DNA of 64,000 bases. Source: an uncultured Actinomycetes bacterium (lineage in GTDB: Bacteria; Actinomycetota; UBA4738; HRBIN12). Below are positions 56,493 to 64,000 of the stretch, piece after piece. The notes under the pieces were generated by a model. It was not told where the DNA came from. It did no database searches and saw only the letters and a program-made list of their open reading frames with translations. Each line of letters begins with the position of its first letter. The stretch's first letter is position 1. A program made the translations under genes and the position numbers. The stretch is taken from NCBI GenBank assembly GCA_963775735.1, contig CAVZKD010000007.1, forward strand, positions 1,174,675 to 1,238,674, written 5' to 3'.

Positions 56493-57632
56493 CTAGGCGA
56501 AGCGACGCATGTGCACGTTCAGCAGCAGGCCGATCGACGCGCAGTTGAGCAACAGCGAGCTTCCCCCATAGGACACGAACGGCAATGGGATCCCCGTGAT
56601 CGGCATGATGCCGACGTTCATCCCGATGTTCACGAACATCTGCAGCGCGAGCATCGACGCGACCCCGGCCGCGAGGTACGTCCCGAACGGGTCCCTCGAG
56701 AGCAACGCGATGCGGAACGCCCGCCACAGGACGAGCCCGTAGAGGGCGAGGAGGCCGGCGGCCCCCACGAACCCGAACTCCTCCCCGACGACCGTGAAGA
56801 CGAAGTCGGTGTGCTGCTCGGGCACGAAGTCGAGGTTCGTCTGCGTGCCCTCGAGGTAGCCGACGCCGAGCAACCCGCCGGAGCCGATCGCGATCTCCGC
56901 CTGATCGCGGTTGTAGCGCGCGCTCTCGTCTACGTTCGCGGGGTCCAGGAACGCTCGGAGACGTTCGACCTGATACTGCTTCACGAGCCCCACCTGGAAC
57001 CCGGCGAAGATCAGCACGATCGCCGTGACCGCGAGGATCGCCAGGTACCGAGCGCGAGCGCCGGCGACGATGAGGACCCCGAACAGGATCGCGGCGAACA
57101 CGATCGAGGTCCCGAGGTCGGGCTGCAGGAAGACCAGGACCGCCGGGATCGCCGCGAGGGCGCTCGCGCGGAACACGTCGTTGAGCGTGAGCTCGCTCCG
57201 CAGCTCCGAGAGGAAGGCCGCGAGCATCGCGATGAGCGCGAGCTTCGCGATCTCGGACGGCGCCAGCTGGAACCCGAACATCTCGAACCACCGCTGCGAG
57301 CCTCGGACGCTCGTCCCGAGCGGGGTGCGAACGAGGACCAGCAGCGCGAGCGAGGACACGTACGCGATCCCCGCGTAGACCTTCAGGAGTCGGTAGTCGA
57401 AACTCGCGGCGACCATCAGCACGACGAGCCCCACCGCCAGGAAGGTGAGCTGACGCTTCACGAACCGTCCCGGGTCGAGATCGACGGCGGCCAGCGACTG
57501 ATGGGTCGCCGAGTAGATCGCGAACAGCCCGATGACCGCGAGCCCGACCACCGCGGCGACCAGGATCGGGTCCACGCCGCGCAACGCCCGGCGCTCGCCG
57601 ACGTGCACCCGTCCGGCGGCGGCGAGATCCAT
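56493..57632 (-). CDS. rodA: SEDS-family peptidoglycan glycosyltransferase RodA
   Basis: 379 codons from ATG 57632 ('MDLAAAGRVHVGE...') inside track ORF 56493..57800. It is polytopic, with 'PEQHTDFVFTVVGEEFGF' and 'PLPFVSYGGSSLL'. The call as rodA rests on its position after mrdA. Confidence 0.88.
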   Translation of the reverse strand: MDLAAAGRVHVGERRALRGVDPILVAAVVGLAVIGLFAIYSATHQSLAAVDLDPGRFVKRQLTFLAVGLVVLMVAASFDYRLLKVYAGIAYVSSLALLVLVRTPLGTSVRGSQRWFEMFGFQLAPSEIAKLALIAMLAAFLSELRSELTLNDVFRASALAAIPAVLVFLQPDLGTSIVFAAILFGVLIVAGARARYLAILAVTAIVLIFAGFQVGLVKQYQVERLRAFLDPANVDESARYNRDQAEIAIGSGGLLGVGYLEGTQTNLDFVPEQHTDFVFTVVGEEFGFVGAAGLLALYGLVLWRAFRIALLSRDPFGTYLAAGVASMLALQMFVNIGMNVGIMPITGIPLPFVSYGGSSLLLNCASIGLLLNVHMRRFA

Positions 57633-59587
57633 CAGTCGGTCCCCTCGACCTCGACGAACTGGGAGAAGCCGAGTCCGTAGATGCCCTCGATGATGTGCCG
57701 AGCGATCGGCGCCGCGGTCGTCGAGCCGTGGCCGCCCTGCTCGACCAGGACGACGACCACGTGCTGCTGTCCCAGCCCCTCCGTCATCGCGGCGAACCAC
57801 GAGTAGTCCTGCTTCGGGTCGACCTCGGCGGTCCCTGTCTTGCCGGCCACCCAGACCGAATCGAACGGGAACCCGGCGAAGGCGCCCGAGGCGGTTCCGC
57901 TTCCACGGACGGTTCCCGTCAGCCCCCCGCGCACGTAGTCGAGGTATCGCGCGTCCATCGGCAGGGTTCGACGGCAGTTCTCCTGATAGCGGCGCACCAG
58001 CTCGTCGTCGGAGGTGACCACGCGGTCCAGGACGTGCGGCACGCAGAGCTTGCCATCGTTCTGGAGCGCCCCGAACGCGCTCGCGAGTTGCAGCGGCGTC
58101 ACGAGCGTGTCGCCCTGACCGATCGTCATCAGGATGAAGTCGCCCGGGAACCAGTCACCCTCGGGGAACGACTCCGGGTACGTCTCGTGGATCGTCTGCT
58201 TCCACTCGGCGTCGGGAACCCGGCCGGTGAGCTCGAACGGCAGGTCGACTCGGGTGGCCCCCCCGAACCCGAACTGATGGAGGTCGTGCTGGAGCGGTTC
58301 CTTCGAGTCGACGCCGTTCGCGGCTTCGTCCGGGTTCACGTAGAACAGGTCCCAGTAGCGGTACCCCATCGGGTAGAAGACCGTGTCGCACGAGCGGGCC
58401 AGCGCGGTGCCGAGGTTCATGAAGCCGAGGTTGGCCGTGGTCCAGTTGTTGAAGACGTACTGCGTCGCCTCGGGGTCGCTCTCGTCGTACGGGGCGGTCC
58501 AGCTCGGCGGGCAGCCGTAGGACTGCTCGGTCGTCACGATGTCCCGGTGCAGGCCCGCGAGCGCGACGAACGGCTTGTAGGTCGAGCCCGGCGGGTACTG
58601 GCCCTGGATCGCTCGGTTCAGGAGCGGGGAGCCCTCCGCACGGCCGAACCGGCTCCGGTACTCGCTCTTCGAGACGCTCCGCGTGAAGATGGATGGGTTG
58701 AACCACGGGTAGGACGCCATCGCCTCGATCTCGCCCGTCGTCGGGTCGAGCACGATCGCGGCTGCGGCGTTCGCCCTGAGGGTCCGTCCCGAGTCCGTGT
58801 CGAAGACCCCGCGCGCGTACTCCATCCCCGCCACCAACGAGTCCTCCACCAGGCCCTGGGTCTCCCCGTCGATCGTGAGCCAGACGTCGTTGCCCGGTAC
58901 GGGGAATTGCTCACCGATCAGCCCGAGGTTCTGGTCGGCCGAGTTCACCCGGTACTTCTTGAGCCCCTGGATCCCCGCCAGGTCGCGCTCGTAGACGCCC
59001 TCGACCCCGAACGCCCCGACCGTATCGCCCGGCTCGTAGTCGGCGAACGCCGGCGTCTCGAGCTGCGCATCGGTCACCTGGCTGAGGTAGCCGAGGACGT
59101 GGGACCCGCGGGTGCCGAAGGGATACGAGCGGAGCGGAACCTCGAGGACGTCCACGCCGGGGAACTCGTCGCGGTGCTCCTTGATGTAGTACGCGACGCG
59201 ACGCGGGACGTCGATCGCGACCGGGATCGGGCTGAACGCGTAATAGGCGGGGTCGTCGAGCCGTTCTCCGAGCTCGTCCGCCGGGATGTCCAGCAGTTGG
59301 GAGAGGTCGTAGACGACCCGCTCGGTCTCGTCGCCGAGATCCTGCTGGTTCACCGTGATGACCACGCTCACCCGGTTGTCGACGAGCACGTTCCCGTTCG
59401 CGTCCTTGATCACGCCGCGGCGAGCGGGGGTTTCGATCAACCGCACCGCGTTGTCATCCGCGGCCGCCTTGTACTGCTCGGCGGCGAGCACCTGGAGGAA
59501 CCACAGCCGCGTCGTGAGCGCCGCGAACAACACGACGACGAGCGTGACGAGCACCTTGATCCGCATGCCGGTCCTCGGCTCGGTCAC
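57632..59587 (-). CDS. mrdA: Penicillin-binding protein 2 (elongasome transpeptidase)
   Basis: 651 aa with an N-terminal TM, a dimerisation domain, SxxK 'GSTYKP' and 'KTGTAE'. Confidence 0.92.
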   Translation of the reverse strand: MTEPRTGMRIKVLVTLVVVLFAALTTRLWFLQVLAAEQYKAAADDNAVRLIETPARRGVIKDANGNVLVDNRVSVVITVNQQDLGDETERVVYDLSQLLDIPADELGERLDDPAYYAFSPIPVAIDVPRRVAYYIKEHRDEFPGVDVLEVPLRSYPFGTRGSHVLGYLSQVTDAQLETPAFADYEPGDTVGAFGVEGVYERDLAGIQGLKKYRVNSADQNLGLIGEQFPVPGNDVWLTIDGETQGLVEDSLVAGMEYARGVFDTDSGRTLRANAAAAIVLDPTTGEIEAMASYPWFNPSIFTRSVSKSEYRSRFGRAEGSPLLNRAIQGQYPPGSTYKPFVALAGLHRDIVTTEQSYGCPPSWTAPYDESDPEATQYVFNNWTTANLGFMNLGTALARSCDTVFYPMGYRYWDLFYVNPDEAANGVDSKEPLQHDLHQFGFGGATRVDLPFELTGRVPDAEWKQTIHETYPESFPEGDWFPGDFILMTIGQGDTLVTPLQLASAFGALQNDGKLCVPHVLDRVVTSDDELVRRYQENCRRTLPMDARYLDYVRGGLTGTVRGSGTASGAFAGFPFDSVWVAGKTGTAEVDPKQDYSWFAAMTEGLGQQHVVVVLVEQGGHGSTTAAPIARHIIEGIYGLGFSQFVEVEGTD

Positions 59588-59594
59588 GACGGCA

Positions 59595-60101
59595 TCACCA
59601 GCGGGCCAGACGGCGTGACCGGGATCCCTCGCCGGCCCGGCGGAGCAACGGGAACACGAGCGGCGTCAGGATCGCGTTGTACACGGCCGTCAGGAGCGCC
59701 ACCCGGAACAGGTACAGCCACGACGTGTCGAGCTGCCCGAGGAGGAACGACACGATCCCGTGGAACACGACCCCGACGAAGGTCCCGCCGGCCACGAGCA
59801 GGACCGGGGTCAGCGGCGACGGCGTCACGATGAACTGGCGAACCATCCCCACCGCGTACCCGAGCAGCGTCAGCGTCAGCGCGGTGATCCCCTTCGGCGA
59901 GTCGAGCAGGAAGTCCTGCGCCATCCCTCCGGCGAAGCCGGTGATCGCGCCCGACGCCGGTCCCTCGAGGATGCCGAACGAGATCGTGAGCAGGTACATG
60001 AGCTCCGGCTTCGCGCCCAGCAGGTTGATCTCGGCGAACACCGTGGTCTGCAACAGGAGCGCCGAAAGGATGACGGCCGCCAGCAGGAGCGCGCGTCGCA
60101 C
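59595..60101 (-). CDS. mreD: Rod shape-determining protein MreD
   Basis: 168 codons from GTG 60101 in the frame of track ORF 59595..60563. There are five hydrophobic segments ('LLLAAVILSALLLQTTVF', 'LMYLLTISFGIL', ...). It lies between mreC and mrdA. Confidence 0.75.
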   Translation of the reverse strand: MRRALLLAAVILSALLLQTTVFAEINLLGAKPELMYLLTISFGILEGPASGAITGFAGGMAQDFLLDSPKGITALTLTLLGYAVGMVRQFIVTPSPLTPVLLVAGGTFVGVVFHGIVSFLLGQLDTSWLYLFRVALLTAVYNAILTPLVFPLLRRAGEGSRSRRLARW

Positions 60102-60112
60102 CGGGCACGCCC

Positions 60113-60970
60113 CTACCTCGGTCCGCCATGCGAGAGCACCACCAGGACGAGCGAGAGCGTCGAGAAGTCCACCGCGGGCCGGACGGTGAGGAACTTCTCG
60201 ATCGCGGACTCCTCCTCCAGCACCCTGGACACGGTGCCGATCAGCACGTTCGGCGGATACAGGCTCCGGTCGACCCCAGGGATGCGGTAGCCGGCGGTCA
60301 CGACGCGCTCGTCGGGCGTGACCTCGATCGTGGACTCGACCAGGCTCATCTGCAGGTCCTCGGGCCCTCGGCCGGACAGGAGCCCGGTCTGCCGGGAGAC
60401 GTCGAGCCGGCCCGCGACGAACGAGTCCGGGTCGATGATCAGCTGGACGACCGAGGAGTCCGGTCCCACGCGCAGGACGTGCCCGACGAGCCCGGCGCTG
60501 GCGATGACCGGCATGTCCTCGGCGATGCCGTCGCTCGAACCCTGGTCGATCGTGATCGTCCACTCGAAGTTCGACACGCCGTTCGCGATGACCTGGGCGG
60601 CCACGGTCTCGACCTTGGGTCCGAGGCTCGTCTCGAGCCCGAGGAGCGCCTCGAGCTCCAGGAGCCGGGTCTGGTCCGCCTGTGTCTCGGCGAGCTGGGT
60701 CTCCAGCGCGGACACCCGGTCGCGAAGGACGTCACGCTCGTGACGGATCGACGGCAGGCGAACCAGCGTCGAGACGAAGTTGCCGATCGGGCGCGTGACC
60801 TTGGACACCGCCTCTTGCAGCGGGCTGATCACCACGAGCGCGGTGTCCCCCAGGGCGGAGAGCGCCCCGTCGTCCCCCTGCCGGTAGTCGACCGTGATCG
60901 TCACGAGTGAGATCGAGACCAAGGCCACCACCAGCAGGCGGGTGCTCCGCGCGCGACTGCGCAGCGCCAC
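60113..60970 (-). CDS. mreC: Rod shape-determining protein MreC
   Basis: 285 aa with TM '[16 protein letters not shown]', a coiled coil '[28 protein letters not shown]', and '[31 protein letters not shown]'. Confidence 0.9.
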   Translation of the reverse strand: MALRSRARSTRLLVVALVSISLVTITVDYRQGDDGALSALGDTALVVISPLQEAVSKVTRPIGNFVSTLVRLPSIRHERDVLRDRVSALETQLAETQADQTRLLELEALLGLETSLGPKVETVAAQVIANGVSNFEWTITIDQGSSDGIAEDMPVIASAGLVGHVLRVGPDSSVVQLIIDPDSFVAGRLDVSRQTGLLSGRGPEDLQMSLVESTIEVTPDERVVTAGYRIPGVDRSLYPPNVLIGTVSRVLEEESAIEKFLTVRPAVDFSTLSLVLVVLSHGGPR

Positions 60971-60976
60971 CGCGGG

Positions 60977-62066
60977 CTACCTCCGGGACGGGCTCACCAA
61001 GACCCGTTGGAGCACCTCGAACTCCTCGAGGCACTTGCCCGAACCGATCGCCACCGAGGACAGGGGGTTCTCGGCGATGTGGACCGGCATGTGGGTCTCG
61101 TGTCGCAGCCGCTTGTCGAGTCCTCGCAGGAGCGCACCACCACCGGTCAGCATGATGCCTCGATGCATGATGTCGCCCGCGAGCTCGGGAGGCGTCCGGT
61201 CCAGGGTCGCCTTGATCGAGTCGATGACCGCCGTGACGGGCTCCTCGATCGCCGTCCGGATCTCGCCGTCGCCGATCTGCAGGGTCTTCGGGAGTCCCGG
61301 AGACGAGGTCCCGGCCCGGGATCTCGGCGATCAACTCCTCCTCCATCGGGTACGCGGACGCGATCGCGAGCTTGATCTGCTCGGCCGTCCGTTCACCCAG
61401 CAGGAGCGAGTACTCCTTCTTGATGTGGTTGATGATCGCCTCGTCGAGCTCGTCGCCGCCGATCCGGAGCGAGGTCGACGTGACGATGCCGCCGAGCGAG
61501 ATCACCGCGACCTCGGTGGTGCCGCCGCCGATGTCCACGACCATGTTCCCCGAGGGCTCGTGGATCGGCAGCCCGGCTCCGATCGCGGCGGCCATCGGCT
61601 CCTCGATGATGTACGCGCGACGGGCGCCCGCCGCGATCGTCGCCTCCTCGACCGCGCGCTGCTCGACGCCGGTGATGCCGCTCGGGACGCAGACGACGAC
61701 CCGGGGCTTGGCGAGCAGCCGGCGCTTGTGCACGCGCTGGATGAAGTAGCGCAGCATCTTCTCCGTGATGTCGAAGTCCGCGATCACGCCGTCCTTCAGC
61801 GGGCGGACGGCCTGGATGTGCGATGGGGTCCGCCCGATCATCCGCTTCGCCTCGTTGCCGACCGCGAGCACCGCGCCGGTCAGGGTGTTGATCGCCACCA
61901 CCGACGGTTCGTTCAGCACGATGCCGGCGTGCCGAGCGTAGACGAGCGTGTTCGCGGTCCCCAGGTCGACAGCCATGTCCTGACCCAAGAACCCAAGGAC
62001 CCCTTCGCCGCCCGTGCTTCGGCGACGCGAGGAAGCGGGAAGTTCGCGACGAACCTTCTCGGCCAT
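60977..62066 (-). CDS. mreB: Rod shape-determining protein MreB (one frame break as assembled)
   Basis: ATG 62066 gives 'MAEKV...[21 protein letters not shown]', and '[15 protein letters not shown]' is in ORF 60732..62144 up to 'GRDLVSG'. '[20 protein letters not shown]...[14 protein letters not shown]...' is in the ORF 60977..61168 frame. There is an extra a at ~61295 (tccggg-a-ctcccg). Confidence 0.92.
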
Positions 62067-62214
62067 AGGTTCGGGGCTCTTTCTATCGTACGGGTATTGG
62101 GCTGGCAACTCTCGACTCGATATGAAGGCAACGTGAGGGTTCACCTACCTCCTGACCTGCGGTTCGTCTCTGCCTCAACCGCCGGAGTAGGGTTGCGCTC
62201 TGCGTCACTCGAGG

Positions 62215-63143
62215 GTGGGGTCGTTGAAGATCGCGGTCGTATTCCCCGGTCAAGGTTCACAGTTCGTCGCGATGGCCGACCCATGGCTGGGTCATGAGGC
62301 CGGTCGCGACACGATCGCGAGCGCGTCGGAGATCGTCGGGCGCGACATCGCGGACGGCTGTCGAGACGAGCAGGCGCTCGGCGCGACGGACTTCGTCCAG
62401 CCGGCCATCCTCGCGTGCGACGTCGCGGGCTTCCGGGTGCTGGAGGCCGCCGGCGTCGCGATCGAGGGGGCGGCGGGTCACTCCCTCGGGGAGTTCGCGG
62501 CGCTGGTCGCGGCGGGCGTCCTGACGCTCGAGGACGCGGTCGGGATCGTCGTCGAGCGAGGGAGGGCGATGCAGGCCGCCGCGACGGAGCACCCCGGGAA
62601 CGATGACCGCGCTCCTCGGCGTCGGGGCGGCCGACGCCGGGTCGCTCTGCGACGAGGCCCGCGAGGCCGACGTGCTGCTCGTGGCCAACGAGAACGCTCC
62701 CCAGCAGATCGTCATCAGCGGCAGCGTCCCCGCGATCGAGCGAGCCGAGGCGCTCGCGGCCGAACGCCGGATCCGCGACCGTGCGGCTGAAGGTGGCCGG
62801 CGCCTTCCACTCCCCCCTGATGGATCCGGCGGTCGAGACGCTCGCCGCGGCGCTCGACGCCGTGTCGTTCTCGCCGCCGCGTTTCCCGGTCGCGTCGAAC
62901 GTGACGGGCGAGTTGGTCCGGGATGCCGAGCAGCTCCGCGCGCTCGCGAAGCGCCAGGTCGTGTCCGCGGTCCGGTGGGAGCGATGCGCCCGAGCGCTCG
63001 GCGAGGATGGCTGCGACACGTTCGTCGAGCCCGGCCCCGGCGACGTGCTCACGAAGCTCGCCAAACGCGTGGTGCCCGGGGCGCGGGCCGTCGCCCTCGG
63101 GTCGCCGCAAGCGGTCTCGGCGTTCGTCACCGGGGGCGACTGA
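62215..63143 (+). CDS. fabD: Malonyl CoA-acyl carrier protein transacylase (two frame breaks as assembled)
   Basis: 'VVFPGQGSQ' and 'GHSLGEFAAL' (active-site Ser) are in ORF 62215..62790. 'MTALLGVG...NENAPQQIVISG' is in ORF 62603..63253. 'RLKVAGAFHSPLM...' is in ORF 62781..63143. There is an extra a at ~62600 (cccggg-a-acg) and an extra c at ~62780 (gcgac-c-gtg). The start could also be TTG 62224. Confidence 0.9.
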
Positions 63144-63249
63144 CCGCACCCGGGGCGGATCCTCGCCATCTCGTGCCCGGCGAGGGTTGCCGCGACCGGC
63201 GGACGATATCCTTCGGCGACCGGAGGGGCTCTCGCCCGGAGGGGGATCC

Positions 63250-64000
63250 ATGAGCTCACAGCGCCATGCCGGTGTTGCCGGCGTCGGCTCCATCCTTCCC
63301 GAACGCGTCATCCCGAACGCGTGGTTCGAGGAACTCGTGGACACGAGCGACGAATGGATCCGCACACGCACCGGGATCGCGGAACGGCACTTCGTCGATG
63401 ACGGCCTGACGACCTCCGACCTCGCCGTCGATGCCTCGCGCCGTGCACTGGAGGTCGCGAGCCTCGCCCCCGAACAGGTCGACCTGATCGTCTGCGCGAC
63501 GCTCTCGGGCGACACGCCGATCCCCGCGACCGCCGTGTGGGTGCAGCGCAAGCTCGAGATCGCGGCGCCGGCGTTCGACGTGAACGCCGCGTGTGCCGGG
63601 TTCTCCTACGCGCTCAGCACCGGCACGGCGTTCATCGAATCCGGGCAGGCCGAGACGATCCTGGTCATCGGCGCCGAGGTCCTGTCGCGCGTGATGGATT
63701 TCCGCGATCGCACGACCTGCGTCCTGTTCGGCGACGGCGCGGGTGCCCTGGTGCTTCGCAGGTCCGAGGAGCCGGGTGTGCTCGGCTCCGTGCTGGGTGC
63801 CGACGGGCGCGCCGCCGAGATCCTCATCATCCCCGCCGGCGGCTCGGCGAGACCCTCGTCGCACGAGACCGTCGACGCCAGGGACCACGCGATCCGGATG
63901 CCGAACGGACGCGAGGTGTTCAAGCGCGCGGTCGTCGAGATGGCGAGCGCGTGCCGGCAGCTGCTCGAGAAGTCCGGCTTCACGCCGGACGACGTGGACG
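63250..64000 (+). CDS. fabH: Beta-ketoacyl-ACP synthase III (5' partial; continues beyond the window)
   Basis: This gene is not in the ORF track because there is no stop in the window, so I translated it by hand from ATG 63250 (GGAGGGGG RBS). It reads 'MSSQRHAGVAGVGSILPERVIPNAWFEELVDTSDEWIRTRTGIAERHF...' with 'FDVNAACAGFSYAL' (active-site Cys) and 'CVLFGDGAGALVL'. Confidence 0.9.
   Translation, partial: MSSQRHAGVAGVGSILPERVIPNAWFEELVDTSDEWIRTRTGIAERHFVDDGLTTSDLAVDASRRALEVASLAPEQVDLIVCATLSGDTPIPATAVWVQRKLEIAAPAFDVNAACAGFSYALSTGTAFIESGQAETILVIGAEVLSRVMDFRDRTTCVLFGDGAGALVLRRSEEPGVLGSVLGADGRAAEILIIPAGGSARPSSHETVDARDHAIRMPNGREVFKRAVVEMASACRQLLEKSGFTPDDVD

Noticed and set aside
59584-60129. 181-aa minus-strand ORF overlapping mreD
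   Set aside because: It is an Arg/Gly/Pro-rich alternate frame. The hydrophobic five-segment MreD-like sequence is in the frame of ORF 59595..60563, from GTG 60101.
1-64000. Programmed ribosomal frameshifting or another recoding mechanism as the explanation for the frame breaks
   Set aside because: I saw no slippery heptamers or conserved stimulatory structures at the break sites. The breaks go in both directions, occur in many unrelated genes and sometimes lie ~30 nt apart (phoH). The recurrent CCGGG+A and GCGAC+C+GTG contexts fit a technical artefact better.

Overview
This is a GC-rich (about 70% by eye, not computed), densely coded chromosomal segment. Its gene content and order match a high-GC Gram-positive (Actinomycetota-like) core genome. 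I count about 64 protein genes and 1 tRNA, mostly on the minus strand.

Gene order:
- M15 cell-wall peptidase, ppdK, lipoprotein metalloprotease, glyQS, uppS-recO
- an ECF42-type sigma module (YCII/DGPF, PhnB-VOC, sigma), then cupin/SRPBCC genes and a LuxR-TPR regulator
- deoC, ALDH and a truncated ALDH-like gene
- two tandem cupredoxin lipoproteins
- era-cdd-CBS/CorC-ybeY-phoH-HIT-dnaJ-hrcA with a CIRCE operator
- an ECF sigma that reads without a stop into a TM/PD40 beta-propeller protein
- hemW-lepA, rpsT, holA-comEC-comEA, a membrane histidine kinase, leuS
- an ~8 kb accessory patch: sulfotransferase, BNR protein, GNAT, DUF1232, SnoaL-like, membrane proteins, an LEA-like 11-mer repeat protein, a secreted propeller
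- tRNA-Ala(GGC), rsfS-LytR_C-nadD-obg, rpmA-rplU-rne
- a REC-HisKA-HATPase hybrid, rodA-mrdA-mreD-mreC-mreB, and fabD-fabH (fabH runs off the 3' end)

I saw no CRISPR array, transposase, integrase, phage gene or recognisable defence gene.

The dominant anomaly is at least 27 reading-frame breaks in 17 genes. These include leuS, rpsT, rplU, dnaJ, mreB and fabD. The breaks recur in the same sequence contexts, so I read them as basecalling or assembly indels rather than biology. Two apparent fusions (rplU-rpmA, sigma-propeller) must be judged against that background.

I did not find a convincing novel multi-gene system. The best leads are the stop-less ECF sigma/beta-propeller ORF, the LEA-like perfect-repeat membrane protein, the tandem cupredoxins, the ECF42 module with a candidate promoter, and the catalytic-core-less ALDH paralogue.

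Many very long ORFs in the track (4359..9191+, 1609..4158+, 26138..29656-, 52088..55195+) are antisense or alternate-frame artefacts of high GC. Coordinates of frame breaks are approximate (+/- ~10 nt).
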